Notes under the pieces: model-generated
What the model was told of the DNA's origin: nothing
Databases searched by the model: none
The model's input: only the letters and a program-made list of their open reading frames with translations
Made by a program: the position numbers and the translations under genes
Assembly (NCBI RefSeq): GCF_036321535.1
Contig: NC_087436.1
Coordinates: forward strand, 118,174,001-118,238,000
Direction of reading: 5' to 3'
DNA: 64,000 nt
Origin: Camelus dromedarius
Taxonomy: Eukaryota
Shown: one piece after another, positions 62,512 through 64,000 of the stretch
Layout of the letters: each line of letters begins with the position of its first letter
How positions within the stretch are numbered: position 1 is the first letter of the stretch

Positions 62512-64000
62512 ACATTCCCTTCCTTCTAAAATCTCCATAAAATAACAGTAAGGAATGTTTGAAAAATGGTAAATTCACAAGGATGGGGAAAAGTAAAGAG
62601 GAGGCTATAGCAAAACATGATGGGGGAGGGGAGATTAGAGAGAAGAGGCAGAGTAGTAAATGGCTTAGGACACCAGAAACTGGATTTTAAGTCATCACTA
62701 GGGAGAACCAAGGGCTGGCATACACTGGAGGATCCCCCAAAGGCTCAGGAATTGACAGCCATCAACATTTGTGGAAGGAGGAAGAGGGGGTAAAAAAAGA
62801 GGCTAAAATGAGGTGTATTGTTTGAAAACCTTTTAAGAAGTCTGGAGAACAGATCTGCTGGCCCATCCTGAGTGACTGGAGGGCTGTCCCTTCCTCCTCC
62901 AAGCAGAAGACAGAATGTTTGTCCCCTGAAGAGAGCATCTGGACTGAAGGACAGCAAGCCTCTTGAGTTGGGATACGGGACTGAAAAGAGCAAGGCCGAC
63001 TAGACACATGTATACCAGGTGCTGAAGTAACACGCCCTCCCTACTCCAGCTGGGCTCCGGAAACGGCCTCTCCGGGCCTTCCTCCTCCAGTCTGGAGACT
63101 GGAATGATTTCTGTAGGGGTGTGGCTGAGCCGGGAGGAAAGAGATTGTGACATCTGAGGTTCCCCAAGACCCTTGGAGTGTAGTTCACACTCAGCAAGCC
63201 CTGCTCGTTTGCTGTAAGCTCCCAACTAGGGTAAGTACCCACCAAAGCTCGTCAGGCATCCAGAGAAACCTTCTAACATGGACAGCGAGAGCTGCACAGT
63301 CAAATGGAGAAAGAAAAAAAAAAGCTTGGAATAAACAGAGACTCTGCCAGGTTTGACAGAGTCAACCGTGATCAGCATTTTCAGAGGGATAAAGAGATTT
63401 TGGCAATTGTAAAATAAGAAATACTATGTTTACTTAAAATTCAGAGAACAAACATCAAATCAGAGGCCTTATAAATTAAAAAATATGAAAGGAAAAATGA
63501 ACAATTCAACAGATGTTATGGAAGATAAAGTTGAGGATATCCCTTATACAGGAGAATAAAAAGGCAAATAGAAAATAGAAGAAAAATTAGAGGACCAGTA
63601 CGGTGAATTCAACATCAGAGAGAGAAGGGGGAAGGAAGGAAAGGAAAGGGAAGGAGGAAGGAAGAAAGAAAAAGAAAGAAAGGAAAAAGGAGAGAAAGGA
63701 GTGAGAAAACACGGGAGAAGAAAGCATCAGTGAAGTAAGGAAAATCTCCCAGGCCTGAAATACATGAACTTCCAAGGTGAAGGCTCTGCCCAGGATGCAG
63801 GGTAACGACTAGAAACAGGCACACATCCAAACCAAAACCAGACCAAGAGAACACTTCAGATCTGATAAGCTTCCACAGAAGAACAGCAGGACACAAAGGC
63901 TGAGGAATCAGAACAGTTCTGGATTATCATACGTTAGAAGGCAGCGGAGACAGGCTAATCCATCAAATGTGAGATGCATGCTTTCACAAGTTCAAGGTCT
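62425..64000 (+). mobile_element. Very old L1 5'UTR/ORF1 region with a purine-rich low-complexity tract (63616-63722)
   Basis: Starts gaacttctaggtaaagatggcag. ORF1-like remnants include attcaacagatgttatggaagataaagttgaggatatccc and ggaatcagaacagttctggattatca. Confidence 0.6.
62469..62509. repeat. (CA)n microsatellite
   Basis: Read directly, about 20 units. Confidence 0.97.

Overview
Mammalian, repeat-rich intronic DNA, not prokaryotic: there are no operons, CRISPR arrays or rRNA genes. It is most likely camelid, judged from a tRNA-Ala-derived SINE with Vic-1-like architecture. The only supportable host coding sequence is one 174-nt + strand kinase exon (61502-61675) that I recognise as STK32B/YANK2, probably exon 4, so the rest is intron. 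That intron holds nested transposon fossils: a large Charlie1-type hAT element, many L1 pieces (several with readable target-site duplications, TSDs), MIR, L2, CR1/L3, MaLR and ERV LTRs, MER2, MER20 and microsatellites. Best leads: (i) two independent TSD-flanked L1 copies that keep 5'UTR+ORF1+3' end but lack almost all of ORF2 (half-L1-like); (ii) a perfect 28-bp inverted repeat around an apparently inverted segment at an L1 5' junction; (iii) non-repetitive, motif-dense blocks near 26.1-26.4 kb and 55.5-55.9 kb that look like developmental enhancers. Repeat family names come from recalled consensus sequences, not database searches. Boundaries without TSDs are approximate. Nearly all ORFs in the supplied track are spurious.
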